DNA of 64,000 nt, from positions 100,814,001 through 100,878,000 of the forward strand of contig NC_058373.1 of NCBI RefSeq assembly GCF_018350175.1, written 5' to 3'. Of the stretch, positions 26,155 through 37,890 are shown piece by piece. The first letter of the stretch is position 1, and every line of letters starts with the position of its first letter. Source of the stretch: Felis catus. Taxonomy: Eukaryota. Both the position numbers and the translations under genes were made by a program. The notes beneath the pieces were generated by a model. That model was not told the DNA's origin, did not search any database, and saw nothing but the letters and a program-made list of their open reading frames with translations.

Positions 26155-26513
26155 CCTGGTTCTCAGTCGGGGGTGGTCTTGTCCTCCAGGTGGGGTTGTC
26201 AGAGAAAATACCGGATGCACGGTTAAATTAGATTTTTGTTGAATGACATATAGTATTTGGTATACGTGTGTCCTAAATATTGCATGGGGTATACTTCTAC
26301 TGAGAAATTATTTGTTGCTTTTCTGAAGTTCAAATTCCACTAGGTGCCTTGTACTCACATTTGATAAATGTGGCAATGGTACATCCAGGGGATTGGCAAT
26401 GCTTAGGGATATTTTTATTGTCATGACTGGGAGGGAGGTGCTGCTGGAATTCGATGCGTGGAGGTCAAGGATGCAGCCCCAAATGTCGGTAGTGCCATGA
26501 TTGAGAGACCCTG
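26155..26513 (+). mobile_element. MER20 hAT-Charlie MITE, split by MER53
   Basis: tggttctcagtcggggg..ccagg | ttggcaatg..gaggtcaaggatgc..aaatgtcggtagtgcc..tgagagaccctg. Confidence 0.8.
26191..26381. mobile_element. MER53 palindromic hAT MITE
   Basis: ggggttgtcagagaaaata..aaatattgcatgggg..tctgaagttcaaatt..tggcaatggta; 8-bp TSD cctccagg/catccagg. Confidence 0.8.
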
Positions 26514-26669
26514 TTCCAAGACAAGCGGGAAGGACAGTATCTTTGTGATCAGCTCCAGGATCAAAAACCCAACCAAAGTAAATTCACTTCTCTAGCATTA
26601 TTTGTGTTTGTGTTAGGTGGAATCCTTACTTAGCTGCCAATTAGGATGGAGTGAGAGAATTCCATATTC

Positions 26670-26940
26670 TCCTTATCCCACCTCTGCCACTTACTGACTG
26701 CGTGATCCGGCATAAATTACTCACCTTTCTTTTCCCGAGTTTTTCATGTGTGAAATGGGGAAAAATGTAATACGGACATCATTTTTGCGTGTGCTGGTGA
26801 GCACCGAATAAATTGTTACATATAAACATATAAATAAATTGTTACATATAAAGTGCTCAAAAATAAATAAATAAATAAAGTGCTCAGGAGAGTATGTGGG
26901 ACATAGAAAAACTCTCAATAAATGGAATCTATTGTTACTG
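26670..26940 (+). mobile_element. MIR SINE
   Basis: ctctgccacttactgactgcgtga..tgaaatgggg..gggacatagaaaactctcaataaatg. Confidence 0.75.
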
Positions 26941-27117
26941 TTCACTATTGTTGCTAATTTTAAAAAGAAAAGAAGGAAATCTCTCACTACTCTAAAAATG
27001 CTTTGAGTGTAGTACACAATCCTCTTCATTATTATTATTATTATTATTACTATTATTATTTACAAATGCCTTGTTTTAAGGTTGATGGATAAAATTATAG
27101 AAATTACAATGAGTAAG

Positions 27118-27342
27118 TTTTTTAATTTTTTTAATGTTTATTTATTTTTGAGAGAGACAGAGACAGAATGGGAACGGGGGAGGGGCAGAGAGAGAGGGAG
27201 ACACAGCATCTGAAGTAGGCTCCAGGCTCTGAGCTCTGAGCTGTCAGCACAGAGCCCAATGCGGGGCCTGAGCTCACGACCTGTGAGATCATGACCTGAG
27301 CCAAAGTCGGACGCTCGACCGACTGAGCCACCCAGGCACCCC
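27118..27342 (-). mobile_element. Can-SINE (feliform type)
   Basis: Reverse SINEC_Fc; TSD acaatga(g/a)taagttttt. Confidence 0.95.
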
Positions 27343-27520
27343 ACAATGAATAAGTTTTTAGTAGAAGTATATCCCAAGTAAGTATGCATGGGTCATGCTC
27401 ACGTTGTTTATTTAAAGTTCCAATATATCTGGGCATTTTTATATACTAACTGGCAACTTTATCCATTTGGGGATGGAGAGATCTATGTGTGCCCTTGCCC
27501 TGTGGTGGGCACACTTCAGC

Positions 27521-27558
27521 ATTCTAGAAAGTTCTAGAAAGTTCAGCAGTTCTAGAAA
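27521..27558. promoter_or_regulatory. Heat-shock element (five contiguous inverted nGAAn pentamers plus a two-unit site)
   Basis: aTTCt aGAAa gTTCt aGAAa gTTCa at 27521-27545, then gTTCt aGAAa at 27549-27558. The motif is certain; function is untested. Confidence 0.55.
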
Positions 27559-27815
27559 GAGCTTGCAGATGGGAGCTGAAGATGTGCAAAGGCTGTTCCT
27601 CTTTAAGGACAACGTAGCAGAAGAAATACAAAGCTGCTATTAGTGATGTCATCTAATAGCCTTCTGACATCAAGCCCTGATGTTTCCTTCCACCATTATT
27701 TAAAAAGATATTTAAATAATCTACTTATTTAAAAAGATATAGTACTGAAAAGAATGAACAAGGGTGCAAAATATTCTAGAAAACTACCCAGCGCTCAGAC
27801 GATAACACTCCGATT

Positions 27816-28057
27816 CAAGGGTTTGGCAAAACCCTCCTTCATCTACTTGTTCTGTAAAGAGCAGGACAGCAAACTTTCAGGCTTCGTGTACCATTGTTGG
27901 TCTCTGTCATGTATTCTTGTCCTGCTCTTTCTGCATCTCTTCTTCTTCCTTTTTAAAGCTATTCCTTAAAAATGTAAAAATCATTCTTAGCTGTGGGGCT
28001 GTACAAAAAATGCCAGGGGCTGGATTTGGTCTGTGGACTCTAGTGTTTGGATCCCAG
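27816..28057 (+). mobile_element. MER58-like hAT-Charlie MITE
   Basis: ttctgtaaagagcag..aaaaatgtaaaaatcattcttagctg..ggctggatttggtctgtggactctag. Confidence 0.75.
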
Positions 28058-28189
28058 CTCTGATACCAGGAGAACATTAAGGTGGCATGTGGGGCTCTGA
28101 TGTGGTGTGTTTATTCATAGCTATATTCATGGCTGTTATGTCTATAATTTATGATGGAAGGGAAACTAACATCTGATTACAATTAATTA

Positions 28190-28370
28190 GTACTTATTTA
28201 GCATTTACTACAAGCAAGGCAAAGTTCTAAGTTTCTTATATGCTTTAGCTCATTTAAACTGAGACAGGGAGAGGTTAGGTAATTGGCCCAAGGTCCTTAT
28301 AATTGGTGGAGCTGGGGATTTGAATCCAGGTAGTCCAGTTCTAGAGTCTGCATTCTTAGCCGTGAGGCTA
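28190..28370 (-). mobile_element. MIR SINE
   Basis: aaactgagacagggagaggttaggtaattggcccaaggtc..ggatttgaatccagg. Confidence 0.8.
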
Positions 28371-28994
28371 TGTTTTCTTTTAAGAGAGTAGTAACCCTTT
28401 TAAAAAAAATGGATGATATTCTTGTCCTCATCTCTTTTCATTTTCCAAGTAGCTTAATATCTAAGATTTCAAACATACTGAAATGACCAAAGGAAGAACA
28501 CTCTTGTTTTACTTTACCTGCCAGTTGGCACATAAGGAATTTTCAGACTGATTGGAGTAAATCAAATGAGATAATGTCATCTGTGGGTAAGGATCATATA
28601 ACATCCTAGTACAAGCAATGTAAATATAAATATTTTGAGTAGTGAGGACTGTAGTCTAGGACTCCCTAAACAATGGAGAAATGAAACAGATTGGATTTCT
28701 TAGAGAAATTAAGTGGAGCCTAGAAATGAGGGTTTCATTGGATTTCCTAGAAGCAGGGAAGGCTTAATACACAAAAGAAGAGGGGACGGGTATCGTAAAC
28801 CTCTTTCCCACTAAGACAGTATTATCTGAGGGGGTCCCGAGAATGATGCTATGAATATTCTCTCGCTTTGGCATCTGGTAAACCTGGAAATATTAACCAG
28901 GCTAAGCGGGGCAATTTTCTTGTTCTTTACTAACCATATCTTACAAGTACTCTTAGGAGGAATATGTGAGAGGTTCAAAAAGCAGAAAACAATT

Positions 28995-30090
28995 GTGAGA
29001 TAATAAAAATATATGTTGATCTCTGCCCTTTGGTTCCTGGAGCAGGACTTTTGAAACGCTATAATTTCCTGAGTGATAAGACTGTTTCTTGTCTCAATGA
29101 GGTGACCTTGGGTGGGCTCCCAGATGGCTTTGGCTAGTCACCAGAAAGACCAAGTCGTGAATAGAAGTGTTAAAAATGATTTCAAAGACAATTTAGGTGA
29201 TACAAACTTTAGTTAATACTTCATGAAGTGGGCAGTCTCTGTTCCCAAGGGTCTAGAGAACTGCAAAATGGAGTGGAGGGCAGGAATCTTCGATAAGACA
29301 AAGAATAAGGAGCAAGTAGGAGAAAGATGGGAAATGGGGATTGATTGGATGTACTGTGTGTCTGATCAAGTGAAGCACTTCCAGGGACACCCCTGTTGTC
29401 GAAATTTCAGTTTGCTGAGGTGGCACCTCAGGCAGAAGTGACTCTATCTTAGGTCTAGAAATTGATTTCAAAAGAAGCTTCAAATTTTTAGCCCCACTTC
29501 CCTGTTCTCTTGAGAAAGGAGAAGGGTTGAAAATAGGGTTAGTGATTGATCATGGAAGCCTCCACAAAAATCCCAATAGTATGGGGTTCGGAGAGCTTCC
29601 AGGTCAGTCAACACATCCATGTAATGGGATGGTGATGCACCCCAACTCTATGGAGACAGACGCTTTGCATTCAGGACCCTCCCAGACCTTGTGCTATGCA
29701 CCTCTCCAATTGGCTCTTCATCTGTGTTCTTTATCATGTCCTTTAATAAGGTGGATAGATATAAGTAAGTTTCTCTCTGAATTCTGTGAGCTGCTCTAGC
29801 AAATTAATCAAAACAGAGAGGGTCATGGGAGCCTCAGATTTATAACTGATCGGTCAGAAGCATAAGTGACGACCTGGACTTGGAATTGGCATCTGAAGTG
29901 GGGTGGAGATAGTTTGGGGTGACTGTGGGATCTGATGCCATCTCCAGACAGTGTCAGAACAGAGTTAAATTGTCAGACACACAGCTGGCATTGGCAGAAT
30001 TGCTTTAGTGTGGGAAAAACCCTCACACATCCAGCATCAGAAGTGTTCTGTGTAAAAGTAAAGGAGACACACAGAAAGAAAGAATTGTTT
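28995..30090 (+). mobile_element. MER21-like solo LTR carrying a nested insertion
   Basis: tgtgagataataaaaatatat..aatttcctgagtgataag..ggttcggagagcttccagg..ctgaattctgtgagctgctcta..gtgtcagaacagagttaaattg. Confidence 0.75.
29168..29473. mobile_element. About 300-bp LTR-like insertion inside the MER21-like LTR
   Basis: Imperfect inverted termini tgttaaaaatgatttc and gaaattgatttcaaaa, flanked by (a)gaag duplication; host LTR resumes after it. Confidence 0.6.
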
Positions 30091-33000
30091 TTTTTCCCAA
30101 AAACACAATAAATAAGAACATTGCTAGCTGAAAGATGACCTGTTTATCCTTCCCCAAGTTTCCAGACTTTGGATGTTCTTCCTTTGATTCATACTTGCTG
30201 GAAATGTGGAGTGTCTTCTGGCTTGTGTCCCACTATGTCTGCCTCCTACATCTACTTCAGGATCTTGACATGCCAATCCAGTGGGATTGCAATTCAGCAT
30301 AGCACCTCATGCCTTTCTGGAACTCACAGGCCATTTCATGGTCTCTGGAATATCCTTATCTGGGTACTGGCTTCCCTTGATTGGGTTCAGTGTCAGAGTG
30401 CAGACCCAGCCTTTATGGAGGGTAAAGAGGCAACACCTTAATCTCTTTCCCTTACCAAATTCATCTTGTCTTTTCTCATTGATCAGACACCTCTTTCTTC
30501 TCTGTTTCTTCCTTTTTAATCTGAGGACCACATTTTCTATTCTGCTTCCTCCATAATCTCGAGTGCCCAATAGCAGCAATCTCCATAAATTATCAACTCA
30601 CTGTAATATATTTTTGGCCTTTTGTATTGAAATGAAACATAAATGCAGAAAAGTACATGTGATATGAATTTTGATGTGTGCTCTATTCATCACAAAACAA
30701 TGTAATTAGCCTATTCCTCAACAGATGCTCTTTTAGTTTTACCTATTTTTACCCCTTTCTCTTCCAGGAGTCATTTGTGAACTCAGAAAATTTTAGAGTT
30801 GGAGCGTGTGTCTTTGGAGATTTTTTTATAGCCCAATGTCTCTTCAAGTGATAGAATACAGTTTCAGTAACTATGTTTTCACTGAAGAAATGTTTGCTTT
30901 ATTTCATGAATCACTTGAGTGGTTTAGCTGCATATTCATTATCTAATGATGTCACAGTCTCTTGGAAATGCGGGAAGCCCTTAGTTGGTCTATGGGGTAA
31001 TTTTTCTCCTCTGGGTCTACCCCGTTCAGTAAAGCCTCCTCCATTTATCCTGGTTTTCCTTTCACAGAGGAGTGTTTAATCTTCAGCTTCTGAATGTTTT
31101 TGGTGTGCATGCGCCTGTGTGCATGTATGTGTGCTGTGTGTGTAGAGGGTGCTGGTGGGACAGGAGCATAAAATAACCCCATGGCCTTTCATGCACCTTC
31201 ATTTGCCACTGGAAACAAATTGCAACGGAAGTGAAAGAATTTTGGACAAGAAAATGAAAGCATTACGATTTTGGTATGGCTTAATCAAATACGGAAGAGC
31301 TCCTGAAGTTGTTGTTTATTTTGTTTTTTTGTTTTTGTTTTGTTTTGTTTTGTTGGGTTTTTGTTTTGTTTTTGGTTAATTTATGAATCTATTCTTGCTG
31401 ACTTTGGTGCCCCCATCTACATCATATACTCATTTTGGTTTCAAGTAAGTAGATCTACAGATATGCAGAGTGATACTTCTTTCAAACTCATCACGAACCC
31501 TGAAAAAAAAAGCGAAATGAAATTTCTTTGTCTTCAAGAGACTCACCCAGGGTATAGTAGTACCGTGCAAAGAGTGAGCACTCAATACATGTATGTAAAT
31601 TTAATTTATAAGTAAAAGCCCAAATAATATTTTCAAGTTTAGATGCGGAGTGGTTGGTGGGTCTTCAGCCCACAGTGTTTGTCCAGATAAGATTGAACCA
31701 CGGGGTTAGGGCAGCAGGAAGTGATTAATTTTCGTGAGCATTTAACATGTTCCTTTGAAGGAGATTGGCTTTTCAATCTTCAAGATTATATTTATTGCGA
31801 TGGTGCTTCCCTTCTATGTTTAGACATGAAAGTGAAGGTCATTGTGGAACAGTAAACATGGGGGAATGACTTTGTGACAGAAGTATGTAAAGTATCTTGT
31901 AATTCAGTAGGAGAATCAAAGTCTGCTTCAGTTCTTTGTATTCTCAGGGATTCAGAAGGGATTAAGGTAACAATAGCTAGAACTGATGCAAGGGAGTAAC
32001 TGAAGGATAGCATTCCTTGAACCTCAGAAACCTGGGTGAAAGGAATTGGGCAATTAAGGTCTTTAGGAAATCTAATGGGGTCATTTGTGAAAGCTGTCTT
32101 CATGGAACTTGGCAAACTGTCATCTCAGAGATCAAGGGAGGTCACTGGCTTAAGATTTGGGGAATGAAAGTGGAGTGACTGTTTCCTGCAAAGTAAGTTT
32201 AAAGACTCTTAACTCTAGTCTGACAGTAGCTACAGGGTTTTTTGTTTTGTTTTGTTTTGGTTTGGTTTTTTTTTTTAAACAATATTGGGGAACTAAAGAT
32301 ATAATGGCTGTGTAAAGAGAGCTCTTTTCTAAGTTATATCATATGCAAAGAGCTTACATTTGTTTTCCCCACGCATCTACTCAATCACAATTACTCACAA
32401 CCAATTGAAGTCAACCAATCACCAAATATTTATTAAACACAAATGGATGTGCCACACTGAAGATAAAAGAACAGCGTAAAAAAATTCTTAAATTAGCTTA
32501 AATTCTCAAACACATCCATACTATTACCAGTTTATCAAAAATCTTATAGGGGAGTTTTCCTATTACTTTGGATAGGCATGGAGGAATTTGAAAAGGGAGA
32601 AAAGTATAATAATATTTAACCTAAGACTGTTGTTTGTTTTAAGTGGGGCTCTCACAAGGGGTCAAAACAAGGATGACAAAGGATCTGAAAAAAGAAAGTC
32701 ATCTGAAGAGAGGAGATAGGAGTTAGGCCGAGGGAAAGAATATTAAGGAGATTCATGCAAGTTGTTTGCAAATATCTGAAGGATAGTTTGGTAGAAGAAT
32801 GCAGGTCTTCCTCTTTGATGCAGAAAATATGGGTAGGACTTACTGGGAGGTAATTAATTTTATACAGGAAAAGTTTTGATTAGAACTTGGAAGAGTCTTC
32901 ACATTTTTACCAGTATGCAGAGATGCTTGCAGCCAGGGAAGGCTTATGATCAAGTAGCAATGTGTTGATAATTGTTTTTTAAAATGTGTTTTGCCTGCAC

Positions 33001-33259
33001 CTGCACCTGAGCCAGTTCCAAATCTCTAACTGACTACCAAGCTTTCCCCTTGGGTAACTGCCAACAATCAAACAGACGTATCTAGAAGCAGACTCATTTA
33101 TGCATACACCTCCCTAGCATCCTCTCCACTTCTCTTTTTCCCTCACAAATGCCCATAATGTGTCTTCCTCCTGAGGCTTTCCTGACTTTGTCTGTGGTCT
33201 CAACAATCTCCCAAGGCTTGGAGCACAAGCAAGCTTGTTGGAAGGGAAGTCGCCTGATA

Positions 33260-33700
33260 GCATTATCGTAACCCAGATGTGGCGTGATGATTGCTGTCCT
33301 AGGATGGTGGAAGAGGCAAGGAAGAGGAGGCTTGGATGTGACAGACATTTTTGGGAAACACTAATAGACTGTGAAAGGGCAGTTGCAAAGAATGAATGGG
33401 GGAGAAGGCAGAGTCTAAAATAGCCCAAGACCATGACCTGGGTGCCTGGGAGATTGTCCATCCCACTTACCAAGTCATAGGAAGAAGACATGTCAGGCAT
33501 ATTTTTGAGGGAAAGGAGGCAAAGGAGATGTGTGCGTGAATGGATTTGCTTCTAAGCATGTTGGTTTGATTTTTGGCAATTGCTCAGGTAGAAAAACTTG
33601 GTAGTTAGTTGGAGATCTGAAATTGGCCTGGGTGCAGGTGAGCAGATGTGGAAAAGCACACCCACTGGAAGCTATTGCAGGAGATGGGAACAGAGGGCTG
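33260..33700 (-). mobile_element. L2 fragment
   Basis: gaggcttggatgtgacagacatttt..gagtctaaaatagcccaag..agttggagatctg. Confidence 0.55.
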
Positions 33701-33754
33701 TGAGCTCCAGAGTAATGATTACTTAGGGTCTTTTGGTAGTTTGGAGAGGTTCTT

Positions 33755-33756
<2 letters not shown>

Positions 33757-33794
<38 letters not shown>
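33757..33794. repeat. (TG)n microsatellite
   Basis: Visible. Confidence 0.95.
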
Positions 33795-33796
<2 letters not shown>

Positions 33797-33841
33797 GGGG
33801 GCGGGGATGCTGCAGGGATTCTTATTTTAAAATTACACTAT

Positions 33842-34007
33842 GGGGCATCTGGGTGGCTCAGTAGGTTGAGTGTCCAACTCTTAATTTCAGCTCAGGTCAT
33901 GATCTCACAGGTTCGTGAGATGGAGCCTTGCGTTGGGCTCTGTGCTGATGGCGTGGATTCTCTCTCTCACCCTCTCTCTCAAAAATAAATAAATAAGCCT
34001 TAAAAAA
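33842..34007 (+). mobile_element. Can-SINE
   Basis: SINEC; TSD aaaattacacta. Confidence 0.95.
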
Positions 34008-34234
34008 TAGTAAAATTACACTACAGACTCTGGAAGTTTCCTCTTTTGTTTTAGAGAGTAAAATCGCAAGAATCCCCAAAGCTCTAATTCACTAATCACA
34101 ATATTCCAATGAAGTATTTTATTTCTGCTAGGGCACACCTGAAAAGTCCATACTGTTAATAATGTTTTTTATAGTAATTCTTGCTTTTCACTCTTAACTC
34201 GTTAAGGGAAAACATGACTTCAAGAAAATCTTAC

Positions 34235-34304
34235 CCTGAAAGACATCTAGCAATGAACACTTCTGCTGGATTGTCTGTGCTATGCAAAGGGCAAGCATCT
34301 GCTT
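34235..34304 (-). pseudogene. Candidate exon (70 nt)
   Basis: atttacag|AAGCAG...CAGG|gtaaga; open in phase 0: KQMLALCIAQTIQQKCSLLDVFQ. Confidence 0.25.
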
Positions 34305-35325
34305 CTGTAAATTATCCTCACAATTTCTCAAGAGAAAAGGAGTGACAGTTAGCCGAAGAGTAGCCTTTATCTTTGTTGTTTCTGTCCATGGAAATTTGAG
34401 TGCATTATTTTTTAAGTGACTGGCAAAGGCGTAAATGGAAACACATTGAGTGTAAGTAGGCTATCACATACACATACTCCTTAATCCCAATTCCTATAGC
34501 ACCTGGCTATAGCTCTGTCGAAAGGACTTTGAAGATTGAAACAAACTTATCCATAAAATACTAACTCCTCTTTTATTAGTATTACTTGGGGTATGTCCCC
34601 ATTGGTTCCTGTCATCTTAATGGAAGTCACATTCTCAGGATTGGAGCAGAAGTGTCGACTAAGTGTTGAGCAATTGAAAGCCATTGTTTATTGTATATTA
34701 TACCTTGGGGACTGAAAAGTTCTGTTTTTCATGTTTCTGAATAATCACAAAGCTAACCACATTTCAATGAGTTGATTTACTCCTCAGCTGGGCAGATACA
34801 GCCACGCTGGTTGGATAACGATGGATTTAGAACAACAGGCACCTCCCTGCCAATTTCGTAAAAATGTGAATTTCAAAAAGCTCCTGTTTTATCCCCAGAA
34901 AATATAAACATTGAATTCTGTAGTGGCAAGATTTCTCAAAAGTCTGCTTCAGCTATTCAAAATATTTATGAATGTGTATGGCTGGCCTTAAACTTGTTTT
35001 GAAATGTAATTCTTATAAGTTGTCATAAACAGAAGACTTTGGTTCAAGCATCACGTACTTTCAGGTTATCGTAAACCAAGCTAGAACTGTTTAAAAAGAA
35101 GAACTTTATGTTTGCAGCACAGGTATTTTTGTTTTCATCGCAAAACCTATTCCTAGCTCTTCAGGAAGAAGAGAAGCAATAATTATAAACTTCTAGGGCC
35201 CAGGTGGCTAAACTATAAAGACAGGGGATGAAGGTCTTTCCCCCGCCTTGTTATTGCAAAAAATATCTGCAAATGGACTTGTTAGACGTCCAGTAAAAAC
35301 CATTTGGAAGGTAACATTCACTTAC

Positions 35326-35405
35326 ACCATTGGAAATGTTGTGGTTCACATCTATAACTACATGCAAGTATGAATTCAGAGGTGGCCCCAAGTGGTGTTT
35401 TTGAT
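35326..35405 (-). pseudogene. Candidate exon (80 nt)
   Basis: tgtgttcctgctcag|ATCAAA...AATGGT|gtaagt; two of three frames open. Confidence 0.35.
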
Positions 35406-35812
35406 CTGAGCAGGAACACAGCTGCAGTGTGTTCTAATATTAGCCAAGAGGACCTGCTTTCTTAAAAGGAGGATGATTTAAGGCTCTATTTTTGTTGTTC
35501 AGCAAATGCTGTTAGAAGTGGCAGAAGGTTACCCTTTTCCCATCACCTTAATTCCAGAGATATTCACAGACCTGACATTAGGCTGTTGGCTACTCGTCAT
35601 AAGACTTCTCTGTCAAAGTGAATTCAGCTGATGAGCTATGAACACGCTTACAGTCAGATAATAGATGAAAGAGTCTCAAGATAAACGAGGTGCTTATAGA
35701 AAACCCGGCCCAAGTTGTTTAAAATAGGATGGCAAAAGCCGTTAATTCTCGTCAGGCAGTTTCAAAAGGCAGTGGGTACTTGACTTCTTACTTATAGAGC
35801 ACGTTATCTTAC

Positions 35813-35890
35813 CTTTTTGCAAGAGTGGGGCCGCCGCTGTATGTTGAAAGGGAGAGTGCGCCTTTTTGAACTGACACTACCCACCATATT
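35813..35890 (-). pseudogene. Best-supported candidate exon (78 nt)
   Basis: tttctcccttctttcag|AATATG...AAAAAG|gtaaga; CpG-retaining; phase 0 reads NMVGSVSSKRRTLPFNIQRRPHSCKK. Confidence 0.5.
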
Positions 35891-36599
35891 CTGAAAGAAG
35901 GGAGAAATTCCCCCCAGTACAATAAAGGATTTGTAGCCACCCTTACAGGTTAACATTTGACCACGTTGTATCACATGAAATACTCTTGTTTTGCCACACT
36001 CTGTTCCTCTTCCTTTTCCACCCAGGATGCTCAAATTACATCTGTGGAAGATATTAACATGAGCATTGACAACCTTTCTTTTGAGGAGCTGATCATATTA
36101 AGATTCAAAGTGAGCACTGTCTTAATGATTGCTTATTTCTATTTTCACACTTTGGAATGTAGATTTCAAAATGTGGTTAAAACGTAGATTGTCCATACTT
36201 TTTTTCCCCACCAAAATAGCCTGTATGCCTCCATTTACAAGTAAGTTGTATCTTGGATTATATCTATTAGTATGATGTATTAATAATAGCACTATAAATT
36301 TAAAAAATTTTAAAAACTTTAAACTTTGACAATTGGTCTTGGGCATCTCTCTTATCTCACCAATGTGAAAGTCTGACAAAGGATCTTTTCCCTCACAGTT
36401 TTTCTTTTTCAATTTGATGCACAATAAATTTGAAGCTCAGGAGAATGTAGTCAGTATCAAATATGAAAGATAAGAAAGGAAATCTGTTAAAACATTATTC
36501 CTCAAAAAGCAGAGCAGAAACCCATACATAGGGATCCTAAATAATTCAAAATACCTCCTATAAGAAAGATCTTCCTGCGTACTCATCTGATCCATTCTA

Positions 36600-36900
36600 T
36601 TTCATCATTATTTATTCCTTTATTTGGCAAATATTTACTGAGTGCTTTCTGTGTGCAGATACGGGGCTACAGGCGGGAGTTACAGAGGAGGCTCGGGCAC
36701 TTCTCTCAAAGAGTGTGCTTAGAGATGGGGGACAGATGGTTACCACGATTCAGCAGTATGGTCCAGACATTCATGGAAATCGGATAAGCTAGCCGGCCCA
36801 GGCTGGGGAGAATCAGGGAGGCCGTTCTGGATGAGGAAGACTTGCACTCCTGGAATCTTGGAGACTAAGTGTAAGTTAGCTGTGGAGTTGAGTGAGAGAG
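36600..36900 (-). mobile_element. L2 3' end
   Basis: ggcaaatatttactgagtgctttctgtgtgcagatacggggc..gggggacagat. Confidence 0.65.
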
Positions 36901-37059
36901 ACAGTCATTCAGGCTGAGGCTGCTAAGGAACTAAGGCAGAGAAGGGTAGGTGTGAGTAAGAAAGCCATCAGGGTAATTCAGCCTCAGGGTAAAGCAAGAG
37001 GTGGAGTTGGAGGGGGGGGCAGTGGAGAGGAAGGATAAGGACAGTCTTGGATGTCCTTC

Positions 37060-37600
37060 TGAGGTGCATAGTCGGACCATTACATAACTGTGTGCAAGCT
37101 TCAAGTGGCTTCTCACATCACTCAAAGAGCAAAAACCGAAAACACCCTACACAGTTGGCTTCCTGCCACCTCTCTGATCTCTCATTCCACTCCAGCTACT
37201 GTCAGCTCTTTGTCATTCATTCCTCAAACCCTCCACGGTGTAAGTACTCAGCTCTTCCTTCTCACTGGGCCATCCTCTGCTCATAGCCTGGCTCACTCTC
37301 TCACCTCCTTCAGGGCTTGACTCAAATGCCACCTTCTCAGACAGGCTTTTTCTAAACACCCTGTTGAAAATTGCAATTCTTTCCCTTTGCCCTGCCCTTG
37401 GCATTGTTCCTTCTGTCCTTTTTCTGCCTTAGTTTTCGCCAGTAGCACTTATTACCACTAGACTTTCTATATATTTGACTTACTGGCTTATCGAATGTAA
37501 GCTCTACAAGGGCAGAGGTTGTAATCTGTTTTTCCTTGATGTAGCCCCAGTGCCCAGTACAGTTTCTGATACACAGTATGCCTTCAGGAAATATTTACCC
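37060..37600 (+). mobile_element. L2a 3' part
   Basis: ctcaaatgccaccttctcagacaggc..gaatgtaagctctacaagggcagagg..ccccagtgcccagtacagt. Confidence 0.8.
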
Positions 37601-37665
37601 AAAACTTTGCAATACATTGTACTTCTGACAGAGTTGAGTAATCTGCACATGTGACTCAAGAACTT

Positions 37666-37890
37666 GGGGCACCTGGGTGGCTCAGTCGGTTAAGCGTCTG
37701 ACTTCGGCTCAGGCCATGATCTCGTGGTCTGTGGGTTCATGCCCCACATCGGGCTCTGTGCTGACAGCTCGGAGCCTGGAGCCTGTTTCAGATTCTGTGT
37801 CTCCCTCTTTCTCTGACCCTCCCCTGTTCATGCTCTCTCTCTCTGTGTCTCAAAATATAAATAAATGTTTAAAAAATAATAATAAAAAAA
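37666..37890 (+). mobile_element. Can-SINE (feliform type)
   Basis: SINEC_Fc with tgacagctcggagcctggagcctgtttcagattctgtgtctccc; TSD aagaactt. Confidence 0.95.

Noticed and set aside
24218..30090. Two same-orientation MER21-like LTRs 4 kb apart as the ends of one provirus
   Set aside because: The interval holds older MIR, MER20 and MER58 elements and no gag/pol-like sequence, and the two LTRs differ substantially; they are independent solo LTRs
35326..35405. Faint resemblance of one frame to a CAP-Gly motif
   Set aside because: The diagnostic GxEL and GKNDG residues are absent
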